Below are positions 16,987-26,629 of a stretch of 64,000 nt of DNA, in pieces. Source of the DNA: Methyloceanibacter sp. (GTDB lineage Bacteria; Pseudomonadota; Alphaproteobacteria; Rhizobiales; Methyloligellaceae); assembly GCA_041500805.1 (NCBI GenBank), contig JBGQMX010000002.1, forward strand, positions 7,640 to 71,639. Reading direction: 5' to 3'. The first letter of the stretch is position 1. Each line of letters opens with the position of its first letter. The notes below the pieces were generated by a model. That model did no database searches, had not been told where the DNA came from, and worked only from the letters and a program-made list of their open reading frames with translations. Made by a program: the position numbers and the translations under genes.

Positions 16987-19376
16987 CGGAGAATGCGATC
17001 GACGTCAGGGTCGCTAGGCTCGTTGCTGTCGCCTTGATCGGTCTCGCCGGCTTGGGGAGCGGGCTCAGCCTGGGGGGGCTTTGACTTACCGGATTGCTTC
17101 TGGCGTGCCGGAGGCCCACCCTCGCCGCCGCCGCGGGGTCTGATCTGCACATTGCCGAGGAGGCGGCCGATCGCTTCGCCGACCGGTTTCCCCTTGAACC
17201 TCTTCTGTAGCGCGTTGCCGATCTGCTTGACCGTCTTCGAGGCCTGCTCGGGGTTCGCGAACATGCCCTTGATCTCGGGCTTGATCGTGGGATGATCCAA
17301 GGGGCCTTCGATGCGGACCGGCACGCTAATCCCGGCAAGATCGTTGGCCCCGCCCTTCCCTTCTGGCCCGGCCACGATCTCGGGATTGGCCAGCATATCG
17401 ATGCTGCCTTGCACCAGGTTTACGCTGCCCGCCGCCGTCACCTTCAGAAGCGGGCTCGTCATCTTGAGATTGCTCGTCTCGGCAATGCCGTTCTTGATGG
17501 TGAAGCTGCCGCCAAGATCGTTGAACGCCGTCTTGGTGCCGGGGCCCTGGCGCAGCTCCGGAATCTGACCCGCGCCGAGCGAGCTGATGAACTGGGTGAT
17601 GTCGACGCCCTCGATGGAGCCGTCGCTCACGGCGACGCTCCCCTGGCCTTCGAGCGAAGACTTGATCTCTTCGGCGTTGGTCCCGGCGCCGGCGATCTGA
17701 AGCGCAAGCTTGGTGCGGCCTTCGAGCAGGCTGAACTGGGCGGCATCGCTGAGCAGCGTCTTGGCCTGGACGCCGTCAAGGCGGAAGTCGCCCGAGAACG
17801 TGGGAATGGGCTTGGAGACATCGAGCAGGAGCTTGCCACTCGCATGGCCGTCATAAAGCTCCATGCCGCCGAGCGTTGCGTTCAGCACGCCGTCGCGGAA
17901 GGCAAGACCGAGAGAGCTCGGCCCGAGGTCGAGATGCCCCACATGCGTCTTGCGCACGTTCAGATTGACGTCGGCGTCGAAGGCGGCGGGTGAGGCCACC
18001 GGTGCAGGAACGGGGGAAACGGGAGACGCTTGCGGCGGCGCAGGCGGCGCAGCGTCCGCCTGTGCTGAAGGCGGCTCGGCTGCGGCCCTGGCGGCGGGAT
18101 CGGCGTTAGACTGCGGCTCTGCCGCATTTTGGCTTTGGCCCGCAGTCTCGCCCGACGGCGATTGCCGGGGCACGGCGGCGGTCTCGGCTTGCGGCGACGC
18201 GCTTGGCGGGACGGCGGTCTCAGCCGACTGCGGCTTGGCGTTGGCGGCGGGGTCCTTGGCGGGGTTGCTCGATAGGAATGGGTTGAGGTCGAGATTGTCG
18301 AGCGCGAGCGCCGCCCTGATATGCGGTCTTGGGCTTTTAAGGGTGACGACGGCCTCCCCTTGCCCGCTGGCATGCTCGAGCGCGAAGCGGGCCGCGCTGA
18401 AGGTGATCTCGCCTTCCTTCCAGGCGACATGGCTGGCAAGCTCGCCGTCGCCGATGGCCGTCGCCATGGGCGGCTTTTCCCGCATCCAGGCAAGCAAGGA
18501 AGGAATCGAATGGGCCTTAGCCGAAAGCTGGCCCTCGCCGGAAAAGTTCGGCCGGGACGAGACGTTGCCCTCGAACCTCGCAGCGATCGCCGGCGTATCG
18601 AGGGCGAGGGCGAGCCGCGCCGGACGACTCTGGCGGAGATCGGCGGGAGAGGTCAGCGCGAAATCGAAGGCGACCGTCTGCTCCTTCCAATCGAGCTTGC
18701 CGGTGCCGGTGAGCGGATCGGTGAGCGTCGGCAGGCTCAAGCTCGCCACGATATGCTCGATGCGCTTTTCCGTGCCCTTGTCGTCATAGAGGATGACAAC
18801 CGTGCCGTCCTCGATGCGCACGTCTTTCAGCCTCACGTCACGCTGAGGGCGATCGTCGGCGGCGTCGGCCTTGATGACTCCGCGCGACTTCCTCTTCTCG
18901 GCCGCGTCGGCCCGCCGGTCCTCCGAGCCAAGGCGGACCGTCAGCACTGGGCGCTCCAGCACCACGCGCTTGGCGTCGATCTGCCGGCTCAGGAGCTCGG
19001 TCAGGTCGAGATCGAGCACGAGCCTCGCCACCGAAAAATCGGCGGTGCCGGCGCGGCCTTCGGGATCGGTGAAGGTCGCGTCGGTGATGATGATGTGGGG
19101 ACCGGGCGTGAACATGAGCGAGGTCGTGCCGTTGACCTTAAGCTCGCGGCCGGTCTGCTCCTTGATGCGCGCGGCGACACGGTCGCGCACCGCATCCGCC
19201 GAAATGAGCAGATTGACGGCGATCAGCGCGACAACCGCGACGGCCACGACGCCAGCCGCGATCATGAGAGCGAGCTTCATGGGCCCGCTGCGAAGCTTCA
19301 CGAGCCAGCGTCTGGCGCCGTCTTGCGCCGCTCGGGCTTCCGCCGGCGGCGTCTTATGCTTGTTCTGATGTTCCAT
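16983..19376 (-). CDS. AsmA family protein
   Basis: N-terminal TM, RIKEQTGRELKVNG and LTELLSRQI AsmA-N pattern, C-terminal GSFTIKNGIAETSNLKM and SVPVRIEGPLDHP. Confidence 0.88.
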   Translation of the reverse strand: MEHQNKHKTPPAEARAAQDGARRWLVKLRSGPMKLALMIAAGVVAVAVVALIAVNLLISADAVRDRVAARIKEQTGRELKVNGTTSLMFTPGPHIIITDATFTDPEGRAGTADFSVARLVLDLDLTELLSRQIDAKRVVLERPVLTVRLGSEDRRADAAEKRKSRGVIKADAADDRPQRDVRLKDVRIEDGTVVILYDDKGTEKRIEHIVASLSLPTLTDPLTGTGKLDWKEQTVAFDFALTSPADLRQSRPARLALALDTPAIAARFEGNVSSRPNFSGEGQLSAKAHSIPSLLAWMREKPPMATAIGDGELASHVAWKEGEITFSAARFALEHASGQGEAVVTLKSPRPHIRAALALDNLDLNPFLSSNPAKDPAANAKPQSAETAVPPSASPQAETAAVPRQSPSGETAGQSQNAAEPQSNADPAARAAAEPPSAQADAAPPAPPQASPVSPVPAPVASPAAFDADVNLNVRKTHVGHLDLGPSSLGLAFRDGVLNATLGGMELYDGHASGKLLLDVSKPIPTFSGDFRLDGVQAKTLLSDAAQFSLLEGRTKLALQIAGAGTNAEEIKSSLEGQGSVAVSDGSIEGVDITQFISSLGAGQIPELRQGPGTKTAFNDLGGSFTIKNGIAETSNLKMTSPLLKVTAAGSVNLVQGSIDMLANPEIVAGPEGKGGANDLAGISVPVRIEGPLDHPTIKPEIKGMFANPEQASKTVKQIGNALQKRFKGKPVGEAIGRLLGNVQIRPRGGGEGGPPARQKQSGKSKPPQAEPAPQAGETDQGDSNEPSDPDVDRILR

Positions 19377-19439
19377 GGATCCCGGACTAAGGCCCTGACC
19401 TTAGCCCGATAAATAAGGTGAGAATAGGAATTGAGGCTC

Positions 19440-19541
19440 AAGCATGACCCGGAAAAGTTGGAACCGGTTTTCCGAAAAGATCATGCTCAAACAACAAGCT
19501 GGAGCGCTGTCGCGATTCGACTTCAGGCGATAGCGCTCCAG
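19440..19541. repeat. Two-hairpin rhizobial intergenic mosaic-type element
   Basis: AGCATGA...GGAAAAGTTGGAACCGGTTTTCC...TCATGCT, linker CAAACAACAAG, then CTGGAGCGCT...AGCGCTCCAG. Confidence 0.8.
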
Positions 19542-19569
19542 GGGCCCGCGTAGCGACGGCCGGCCTATT

Positions 19570-20679
19570 TCAACGGACCAGGATGGCGTGATTGTCCCAC
19601 TGAAAGCCGGAAGGCTTCCGGTCCATGGTGCCATTGACGTCGTTGGTGGCAAGCCAGCCCTCGCCGCTTGTCAGCAAGAAGCTCGCGCTGTGATGGGTGG
19701 GTGCAAGCCCGCAGCCATCGTTCAGGTCGCAAGCCCCGAGGTAACGCCTTGCCGCCACGTCCCAATAGGTGATGAGGCCGCCCTTGGGCGCCGAGGCCGC
19801 AACGATGCTGCCGCCGCTATCGGCGGCGACCGAGCCGACATAGTTGCGCAAGCCCGCTTGCGTCTCGCTTCCGGCCTCCACGATCACCGGCGTCTCGCCG
19901 CGGCGGTGAAAGCCGACAAGCGGCGGCGCATCCTGCTCGGGTCCCCGATATTGGCAGCCGAACACGACCGTATCGCCAGCCGCGACAGAGAGATGGCGGA
20001 TCGAGAGCTGATGCAGCTCGGGCGCGAGAATATGCTCCTCGAGGAGGTCGCCGGTCGCGGCATCGACATAGACCAGCGACGGCCGCATGTCGGGCAAGTT
20101 CAGCTCCTCGACGCCTCTATCGGGGTGAGTGCGGATGCCGCCATTGGCGATCACCATGGTGCGGCCGTCGGCAAGGAGCGCGATGTCGTGAGGCTCCATG
20201 CCATAGGCGGAGAACTCGCCGATCTGCCGGTAGCCATCGGTCGCGTCGCGCACGCCGATGACGCCTGCCGCGCGCTCATAGTCGTTCTCGGTGGCATAGA
20301 GCAGTCTGCCGTCGGCGGAGTAGACGCCGTGGCCGAAGAAATGGCGGTCGGGCTTAGAGGCGAACCACACCGGCGGGCGGGTTCCGACCGGGACCGCAAC
20401 GCCGAAGCGGCCGGGGCGCCGGGCAAAGGCGACCCATTGGCTGCCGTCGGGGCTGAGCGCCACGTCGTGGCCACGGCCAGGAAGCTCTATCGCGCGCACA
20501 TCGCCATCGAGGCTGAACAAAGCCGCCGAGTAGGTGCCCCTGTCATCCTTGCGCGCCGCGGCGAAGACTTCGGCGCTGAAAGGTCCGGCGCCCAAGGCGG
20601 CGACCGCATCTCCTGGCAGGGCCAGCATGGCGGCGCTGCTCGCGAGGCTCAAGAGAAAGCTCCTTCGGTCGAGCTGCAT
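19570..20679 (-). CDS. DUF1513-family Tat-exported beta-propeller-like protein
   Basis: MQLDRRSFLL twin-arginine leader; RGHDVA, HFFGHGVYSADGRLLYATEND, ANGGIRTHP, LSIRHL and WDNH motifs. Confidence 0.88.
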   Translation of the reverse strand: MQLDRRSFLLSLASSAAMLALPGDAVAALGAGPFSAEVFAAARKDDRGTYSAALFSLDGDVRAIELPGRGHDVALSPDGSQWVAFARRPGRFGVAVPVGTRPPVWFASKPDRHFFGHGVYSADGRLLYATENDYERAAGVIGVRDATDGYRQIGEFSAYGMEPHDIALLADGRTMVIANGGIRTHPDRGVEELNLPDMRPSLVYVDAATGDLLEEHILAPELHQLSIRHLSVAAGDTVVFGCQYRGPEQDAPPLVGFHRRGETPVIVEAGSETQAGLRNYVGSVAADSGGSIVAASAPKGGLITYWDVAARRYLGACDLNDGCGLAPTHHSASFLLTSGEGWLATNDVNGTMDRKPSGFQWDNHAILVR

Positions 20680-20681
20680 GA

Positions 20682-21734
20682 CTAATCTCCATCCATGGCA
20701 TTGAAACCGAAGGCCAGCCCAGCGCCCCGCGAGATCATGTCGCCAGCGGTTTGGCCCGCGCTTTTCAACGAGACGCGCAAGGCTTCGAGCTTGGCGCGCA
20801 AGCCATCGTTCTTGACGACTTCGGCGATCGGCTTGTTCATCCCGCGCAAGACCTCGATGGCGTGGTCGAGGTCGAACAGGATCGAGTCCTCCACCCCGGG
20901 GGATTCTGCCGCCACCACTTGGGCGAACCCGCCATGGGCGAACAGCGCGCGGACGCCTTCGAGATTGCCGGCGGCGTTGGCGAAGGTGAGTCCGCTCCGC
21001 CAGAAGGCCGCAAGCTTGAGCTTGGCTTCCTCGGGCTTCGCTCCGAGCGGCTTCCCGAGCTTCTGATCGCGCACGAGCTCGATGCCCGAGGCGAAGGCCT
21101 TGAACAGATCGAGGGTCACCTCCTTCGAGGCATGGTAGACGGGATCGGACGGGGTGGGGTCGAGATAGACCTTGGTGAAGGGCGCGGCCTCGCTCCACCC
21201 CTCCACCAGCTCCTTGGCGATGGCGTCGACATTGGCGGCAATGCTCGCGGCGAAGCGGCAGCGGAAGGCACCATCGCCTCCACCTTTGGCGAGGGCGTCC
21301 GCGCCGTCGCCATAAAGCAGCTCTTCGAGCGCGGGCAGGCCCTGCAGCGCCACGCTCTTGGCCGCCAGGCTTTGCGGGGTCGTCACCGTTTCGTCCTTGG
21401 TGGCAAGCACATCGCGAACCTGCTTCAGGCCGAGCCCCTTGGGATCCGGCCAATAGAACAGGCGCTCGTAGCGGCGGTCTTGGGTCACCGGACCGAAGCG
21501 CAAGATCTCGACCTTGCTCCAGGCGCCGACCGAGGCGGCGAAGGCCTCCTCGGCGTCTTTGAGGGCGGCGGAAGAAGGCTGCTGGCACAGGGCTTGGACT
21601 TTGGTGCTGAGGGCGCCCGTCGTTTCGGCAAGTGCTGAATAGCCGGGGCGGATGAAATTGCTAAGGGCCGCGCGCGTGATGCCGGCGTAGTCCGTCTCGG
21701 CGTGGCTGGGAGCGATCCACGTCACCGAGGCCAA
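20682..21734 (-). CDS. Imelysin-family (peptidase M75-like) protein; 5' end uncertain, see findings
   Basis: FGPVTQDRRYERLFYWPD and SVALQGLPALEELLY motifs, GFNAMDGD end. A signal-peptide h-region extends upstream of TTG 21734 with no in-frame ATG. Confidence 0.82.
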   Translation of the reverse strand: MASVTWIAPSHAETDYAGITRAALSNFIRPGYSALAETTGALSTKVQALCQQPSSAALKDAEEAFAASVGAWSKVEILRFGPVTQDRRYERLFYWPDPKGLGLKQVRDVLATKDETVTTPQSLAAKSVALQGLPALEELLYGDGADALAKGGGDGAFRCRFAASIAANVDAIAKELVEGWSEAAPFTKVYLDPTPSDPVYHASKEVTLDLFKAFASGIELVRDQKLGKPLGAKPEEAKLKLAAFWRSGLTFANAAGNLEGVRALFAHGGFAQVVAAESPGVEDSILFDLDHAIEVLRGMNKPIAEVVKNDGLRAKLEALRVSLKSAGQTAGDMISRGAGLAFGFNAMDGD

Positions 21735-21770
21735 TACGAGTGCAATCGAGAGGCTCTTGGATGCGGTCCC

Positions 21771-21920
21771 ACCCTCACCCGCCGACCAGCCTGCGGCTGC
21801 TCGGCACCCTCTCCCATCAAGGGAGAGGGGCTGGAGCTTGCGGCTCGCTCCGTTCCCCTCTCCCTCGTGGGAGAGGGTGGCTTGGACCTACGAACCGTGG
21901 GTCCAAGCCGGGTGAGGGGG
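21771..21920. repeat. Cruciform CCCTCTCCC/GGGAGAGGG palindromic element
   Basis: Outer CCCTCACCC/GGGTGAGGG arms; two CCCTCTCCC-loop-GGGAGAGGG hairpins (21807-21829, 21856-21877); extra GGCTTGGACC/GGTCCAAGCC hairpin. Confidence 0.88.
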
Positions 21921-21938
21921 TGACTGGTCAAATGAACC

Positions 21939-23519
21939 TCACAGCGAGCTCACGAAGGCGATCAGGGCGTCGCGGTCGGCCTTCGAGAGCTTGGTGAAGG
22001 CATCGCGCGGGCCTTGCGCTTCCCCGCCATGCCAGAGAATGGCCTCGGTCAAGCTCCGCGCCCGCCCGTCATGCAGAAACAGCGTGTGCCCGCTCACGAT
22101 CTCGGTCAGCCCCACGCCCCAGAGCGGAGGCGTGCGCCACTCATTCCCGCTCGCCTCGCCCTCGGGGCGGTTGTCGGCAAGGCCCTCGCCCATGTCGTGC
22201 AGCAGCATATCGGTATAGGGATAGATGAGCTGATGCGACAAACGCGGCTGGCCGGCCACCTCGCCGGTCACGAATTTCGGCTTGTGGCAGCTTGCGCAGC
22301 CGATCCTGTAGAACAGCTCCTTGCCCTTCAGCACCTCGGGGTCGTCGGGCTTCCGCCGCGCCGGCACGGCGAGGTTCTGCGAATAGAACGCGACCAGCTT
22401 GAACAGGTCATCGCCCACCTCGACATTCTGATATTTCGGCGAGTCGCCGCTCGGCGCGTCGAGGCAGTCCTTCTCCTTGTCAGTGCAGTCGCCCGATCCA
22501 TGCGGGATCATGGTCGTGGACAGGCCGATATCGCCGTTGAAGGCCTCCGCCGCCTGTTGCGCGATGGTCGGCACGCCCGCCTTCCAGCCGAAGCGGCCGA
22601 GCATCACCTTGCCGTGCTCGCGCGACCACACGCGGTTCGGCTTGCCGGAGATGCCGTCCTTGTCGGCGTCGTCGGGATCGGCGTTGCTGAGGATCTGCTC
22701 CTCGGGCACGGCTTCGAGCAGACCGAGGCCGATCATCGGCGGGGCCACGCGCGGTGAGAGCATAATGTCGGGGCTCGTCGGACCGTAGGCGAGGTCGGTC
22801 AAGGCGTAGCTCGGCGTGCGCAAAGACACGCTCTCGCCGCCGGCGAGCTTCACCTTGTGCTCCTTGTAGACGATCTTCAGCTGCCCCTCGGGCTTGAAAC
22901 CCTGGATCGAGAAATTCTGCAGCTGGCCGCCATAGGTCGGATCGGGGATCGAGTTCACGCTATGGGCCTCGAGCTTCGCCTTCTCGTCGTCGGTTGCGGC
23001 GGGGACCGAGAGGCGGACCAGCATCGAGCCTGAATCGTCGGGGATGTCCGACGAGAGCGGAGGATGGCCTCGGCCGTCCTTCAAATGGCAGTTCTGGCAG
23101 GCGCGGGAGTTGAACAGAGGCCCGAGCCCGTCAGAGGCGTCGGTGGAGGACGGCGCTGAGACCCAGTTCTTGCGGAAGATGCCGTTGCCGATCTTGAAGT
23201 CGAGCTCGCGCATGAAGTCCATGTTGCCGGACGAGAGGGAGAAGGCATTGGCGTTGTCGACGCTGCCGCGGGAGGTGGCGCCGCCGCCGGGCTTGGCCTC
23301 GCCCTCTTCCAGCTTGGTGAAATCGGTGGTGGGCGGGAGCACGCTCTCAATCGCCGCCTCAGCCTCGGCTCCATAAGTCTGCCAGCTGCCGACCAGCAGC
23401 GGCAGAGCGGCGCCGAAGGCAATCGCGCCGGCAAGCCGGGCACGGCGTGCCTGCTTCAGCGATGCTTCCTTGGGCGACTCTGCGGCGCGATGGCGGGACC
23501 TGGAATGGGGTGTGTGCAC
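21939..23519 (-). CDS. Di-heme c-type oxidoreductase-family protein (DUF1111-like)
   Basis: Two heme motifs (CQNCH, CASCH); DGLGPLFN, GRFGWKA, WRTPPLWGVG and LHDGRAR...EAILWHGGEA motifs; GTG 23519 with AAGGA RBS. Confidence 0.9.
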   Translation of the reverse strand: MHTPHSRSRHRAAESPKEASLKQARRARLAGAIAFGAALPLLVGSWQTYGAEAEAAIESVLPPTTDFTKLEEGEAKPGGGATSRGSVDNANAFSLSSGNMDFMRELDFKIGNGIFRKNWVSAPSSTDASDGLGPLFNSRACQNCHLKDGRGHPPLSSDIPDDSGSMLVRLSVPAATDDEKAKLEAHSVNSIPDPTYGGQLQNFSIQGFKPEGQLKIVYKEHKVKLAGGESVSLRTPSYALTDLAYGPTSPDIMLSPRVAPPMIGLGLLEAVPEEQILSNADPDDADKDGISGKPNRVWSREHGKVMLGRFGWKAGVPTIAQQAAEAFNGDIGLSTTMIPHGSGDCTDKEKDCLDAPSGDSPKYQNVEVGDDLFKLVAFYSQNLAVPARRKPDDPEVLKGKELFYRIGCASCHKPKFVTGEVAGQPRLSHQLIYPYTDMLLHDMGEGLADNRPEGEASGNEWRTPPLWGVGLTEIVSGHTLFLHDGRARSLTEAILWHGGEAQGPRDAFTKLSKADRDALIAFVSSL

Positions 23520-23529
23520 TCGTCCTTCG

Positions 23530-24963
23530 TCAGAAACTGATGCTGGTGCGCGCGCCCACCACGGCAGCATTCTCGACCGCGCCGTTGCCGTCGTCATTGG
23601 GCACGTTGGCGCCGGGCTGGAAGAAGTATTGGAAATCCGGCTGCAACGTCCAGCCAGGCTTGATTTGATAGGTGTAGCAGATCTCGATCAGCGCCTCGTA
23701 ATTGCGCGCGACCGGCTGATCAAGATCGATATCTAAACCATGCGCCTCGTCGGAGATGCCGGTATAGGCGAAGCCGATGGCGAGCGCATCGGCGGGGCGC
23801 CCAGGGATCATGCCGGTGAAGGTGACGCCGCCATCGGCATAAAAATCGACGACGTTGCGGTCGGATGGCGCGCCGATGACACGGCCGAAAATGCCGACCC
23901 CCACCGGGTCCTTGCTGCCAGGCACGCGCCAGACCAGCTGATCGATGATGCCGTAGAAGCCCCAATCGTTGTCGAGCGGACGGCCCGGATTGCCGGTCAC
24001 GGCGATGGGCGCGCTGCGGGAATCGAAGCGCAGGTGCTCGAAGGTACCGAAATGATTCCACCCGCCGAGCTTCAGCGTGCCAGGGAGGACCTCTTGTTGA
24101 TTGTACTTATAGTCGCCTTCGACCATCAGCAGCGGAGGCGAGTCGAGCCGGAAGTCGAGCCCATCGTTGTTGCACTTCTGCGGGTCGCCGGTGCAGTTGG
24201 GCGGCGCCGAATCGCCGTTATAGACGCCGATCAGAAGCGCAAGCTTGTCAGTCGGATTGATCGCGACGCGCACGCCAGGCGTGGCCAACGGATAGGCCGG
24301 ACCGCCACTTGGCAGGTCGGCGGCGATGATGGTCGGCCAACCCCAGGTGCCATTCAGGAACCAGCCGCCGCCCTGGCTGATGATGAAGTCGGCGTCGGCG
24401 CCAAGCTGCCCGAACTTAATGGCGAGCTTGTCATCGTACAGGTGCTGTTCGAACCAAAGTTCGAACAGGCGGGTGGCGTCCGTCGCCTCGAGATTGCTCA
24501 CCGGCATCAGGCTGAGGATATTGGCGGCGGTGATGCCGTTGCCGTGAATCTGGAAGCCATCGACGTGGAAGCAGAGGCCCTTCCACAGGCCGAGCTTCTG
24601 CATGTCGGCATTGATGTGAAGCTCGAGCACGCCGTCATATTCGACGCCCTGCTTGAAGCCGCCCCAATTGCCGAAGGACTCGCCGTAATAGGTGCCGCCC
24701 ACGCCGATGCCGCCCTTGGCAAGGGCCTGGCGCACACCGCCTGGGTCCATCTTGAAGGCTGCGTCGTCTGGAATTCCGCTATCGGTCACGGCGCAATTGG
24801 CGCTCGCCGCCGTGGGAGCTGCCCAGAGCGAAGCGGCCGTGGAGACGGCGCCGAGGGCGCGCAACAGGCTTGCGCCCCATGCCGGGCCGCGCCCGCCAGA
24901 GCAACGGCTTGAAGAAGATCGCCGTGTTGCAAGATCGTCCGGCGTGATTCGCCTGCCAGTCAC
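23530..24963 (-). CDS. OprB-family outer-membrane porin
   Basis: Signal-like leader; RLFELWFEQ, IKFGQLGADADF, GGPAYPLATPGVR and LQPDFQY motifs; C-terminal aromatic beta-signal (GARTSISF). Confidence 0.9.
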   Translation of the reverse strand: MTGRRITPDDLATRRSSSSRCSGGRGPAWGASLLRALGAVSTAASLWAAPTAASANCAVTDSGIPDDAAFKMDPGGVRQALAKGGIGVGGTYYGESFGNWGGFKQGVEYDGVLELHINADMQKLGLWKGLCFHVDGFQIHGNGITAANILSLMPVSNLEATDATRLFELWFEQHLYDDKLAIKFGQLGADADFIISQGGGWFLNGTWGWPTIIAADLPSGGPAYPLATPGVRVAINPTDKLALLIGVYNGDSAPPNCTGDPQKCNNDGLDFRLDSPPLLMVEGDYKYNQQEVLPGTLKLGGWNHFGTFEHLRFDSRSAPIAVTGNPGRPLDNDWGFYGIIDQLVWRVPGSKDPVGVGIFGRVIGAPSDRNVVDFYADGGVTFTGMIPGRPADALAIGFAYTGISDEAHGLDIDLDQPVARNYEALIEICYTYQIKPGWTLQPDFQYFFQPGANVPNDDGNGAVENAAVVGARTSISF

Positions 24964-25011
24964 GATTGAAGCCCCCCAAGGCTTTGCTTCAGTTCAGTTT
25001 CGTAGCATTTT

Positions 25012-25026
25012 TGTTATGTTATAACA
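25012..25026. promoter_or_regulatory. Zur-type operator (perfect 6-3-6 inverted repeat)
   Basis: TGTTAT-GTT-ATAACA, about 50 nt upstream of the porin start, in an AT-rich patch. Confidence 0.7.
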
Positions 25027-25050
25027 CATGCCTTAACCCTGCTCCCCGCG

Positions 25051-26385
25051 TCAATGCGGTTCTCCACCTCCATCGCTCGCGGCTTTGCTCTCCTGTGGCA
25101 CCTTCGCCGGATTGTCGAGGCTGTCGGAGCCTTCGAACTGGATCGCCTTGAGATCGAGGGTAGCGACGGCGCGCTCGAGCGACTTCGTCTGGTCGAGAAG
25201 GGAATCGATGGCGTGCTGCACGACAGCGTTGCCCGCGTCGTTCCCCTCGCCGATCATCTGGTCGTAGGACTCGGTGGTCAGCGCGCGGAGATAGAGCGTA
25301 TTCATCGCACCCATGGTCGCGTCGAGCTTCGCGCGTATCTCGGCATCGACCTCAGGCGCCTTCGCCTTCACGAGATCGGACACGCTCGGGCCCTGCACCA
25401 GAGACCCGTCGGCACGGCGATAGCGGCCGATATAGACGTTACGGATGCCGAGCGCGTCGAAGAAGTGCGAGGCATGCGTGTTGTCGGAGAAGCAGTCATG
25501 CTCCTCCTCGGGATCGTGGATCATGAGGCCGAGCTTCATGCGCTCGCCGGCGAGCTCGCCGTAAGAGAGGCTGCCGAGCCCGGTCATGATGGCGACGAGC
25601 CCATCCTGGTCTTTGCCGTCCATCAGCTTCTTGCGCGCCGCGCCGTCGGGGCCCCACTGGGCCGCCATAAAGGCGAGATCGTCGACGAGAAGATCGGTGA
25701 CGGTGCTGAGATATTGAGCGCGCCGCGCGCAATTCCCGTTGGTGCATTTCTTGGCGTCGTAATCGCTTGCCGGGCGATGGCCGTTGCCGGGACCGGTGCC
25801 GTTCAGGTCTTGGCCCCACAGCAGAAACTCGACGGCGTGGTAGCCGGTGGCGACATTGGCCTCCACGCCTCCGGCCTCTTGCAGCTGGCCGGCGAGGAGC
25901 GCCTTGGTGATCTTGGTGGCGTTGAGCTTCTTGCCGCCGATAGTCAGGGAAGGGTTGGCGATGACATTGGCGACATAAAGCTCGTTCTCAGGGGAGTCAG
26001 CCCCATAGGACGGGGCGACATAGTCGATCAGCCCCTCATCCAGCGGCCAGGAGTTCACCCTGTCTTGCCAGTCGTCGACGATGGCGTTGCCGAAGCGGTA
26101 GGCTTCGGTCTGCATGTAGGGGATGCGGGCGGCGATCCAGGCGGCGCGGGCGGAGCGAAGATTGTCCTCGGTCGGCTTGGCGAGGACGGCGTCGACCGCG
26201 AGCTTCAGCGTTCTGGCGGTATCGAGGGAGTCCGAGTAGCCGGCCTCGGCCATGTCGACGTAGGTCTTCAGCACATCCTTGGGTGTGGGCTCGGCCACGG
26301 CGGGCGAGATCCCAACTCCAGTCGCAAGGCCTAGGCAGAGAGTGGCAGCGGCGAACGGCCGGGCCATCGTCAATCGTCCAAACAT
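25051..26385 (-). CDS. Imelysin-family protein (IrpA/iron-regulated protein A-like)
   Basis: Sec signal (PAVA); VNSWPLDEGLIDYV, TGYHAVEFLLWGQD and EEEHDCFSDNTH motifs; start at ATG 26385. Confidence 0.92.
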   Translation of the reverse strand: MFGRLTMARPFAAATLCLGLATGVGISPAVAEPTPKDVLKTYVDMAEAGYSDSLDTARTLKLAVDAVLAKPTEDNLRSARAAWIAARIPYMQTEAYRFGNAIVDDWQDRVNSWPLDEGLIDYVAPSYGADSPENELYVANVIANPSLTIGGKKLNATKITKALLAGQLQEAGGVEANVATGYHAVEFLLWGQDLNGTGPGNGHRPASDYDAKKCTNGNCARRAQYLSTVTDLLVDDLAFMAAQWGPDGAARKKLMDGKDQDGLVAIMTGLGSLSYGELAGERMKLGLMIHDPEEEHDCFSDNTHASHFFDALGIRNVYIGRYRRADGSLVQGPSVSDLVKAKAPEVDAEIRAKLDATMGAMNTLYLRALTTESYDQMIGEGNDAGNAVVQHAIDSLLDQTKSLERAVATLDLKAIQFEGSDSLDNPAKVPQESKAASDGGGEPH

Positions 26386-26629
26386 CGGCACCCCTTCGCC
26401 GGGGCTCCCGCCCGGTCTTCGCCAGCGAAGCCGCCAGCAGGCGACAGGAATGCGGCGGCCCTCGGGCCGAAACCGTCGGACCGCCGCAAGTTGAGATGAG
26501 GAAGCGTCCGCTTGGTTGGCCTTGGACGCTTCAGGCCTCCGGGCTGGGCAGCCGGATGCCTTGTCAAAGCCATAGCGCAAACAGTAACATGCACGTAGTG
26601 AACTCTTTTCAGCGGAATTGTTGCATACC

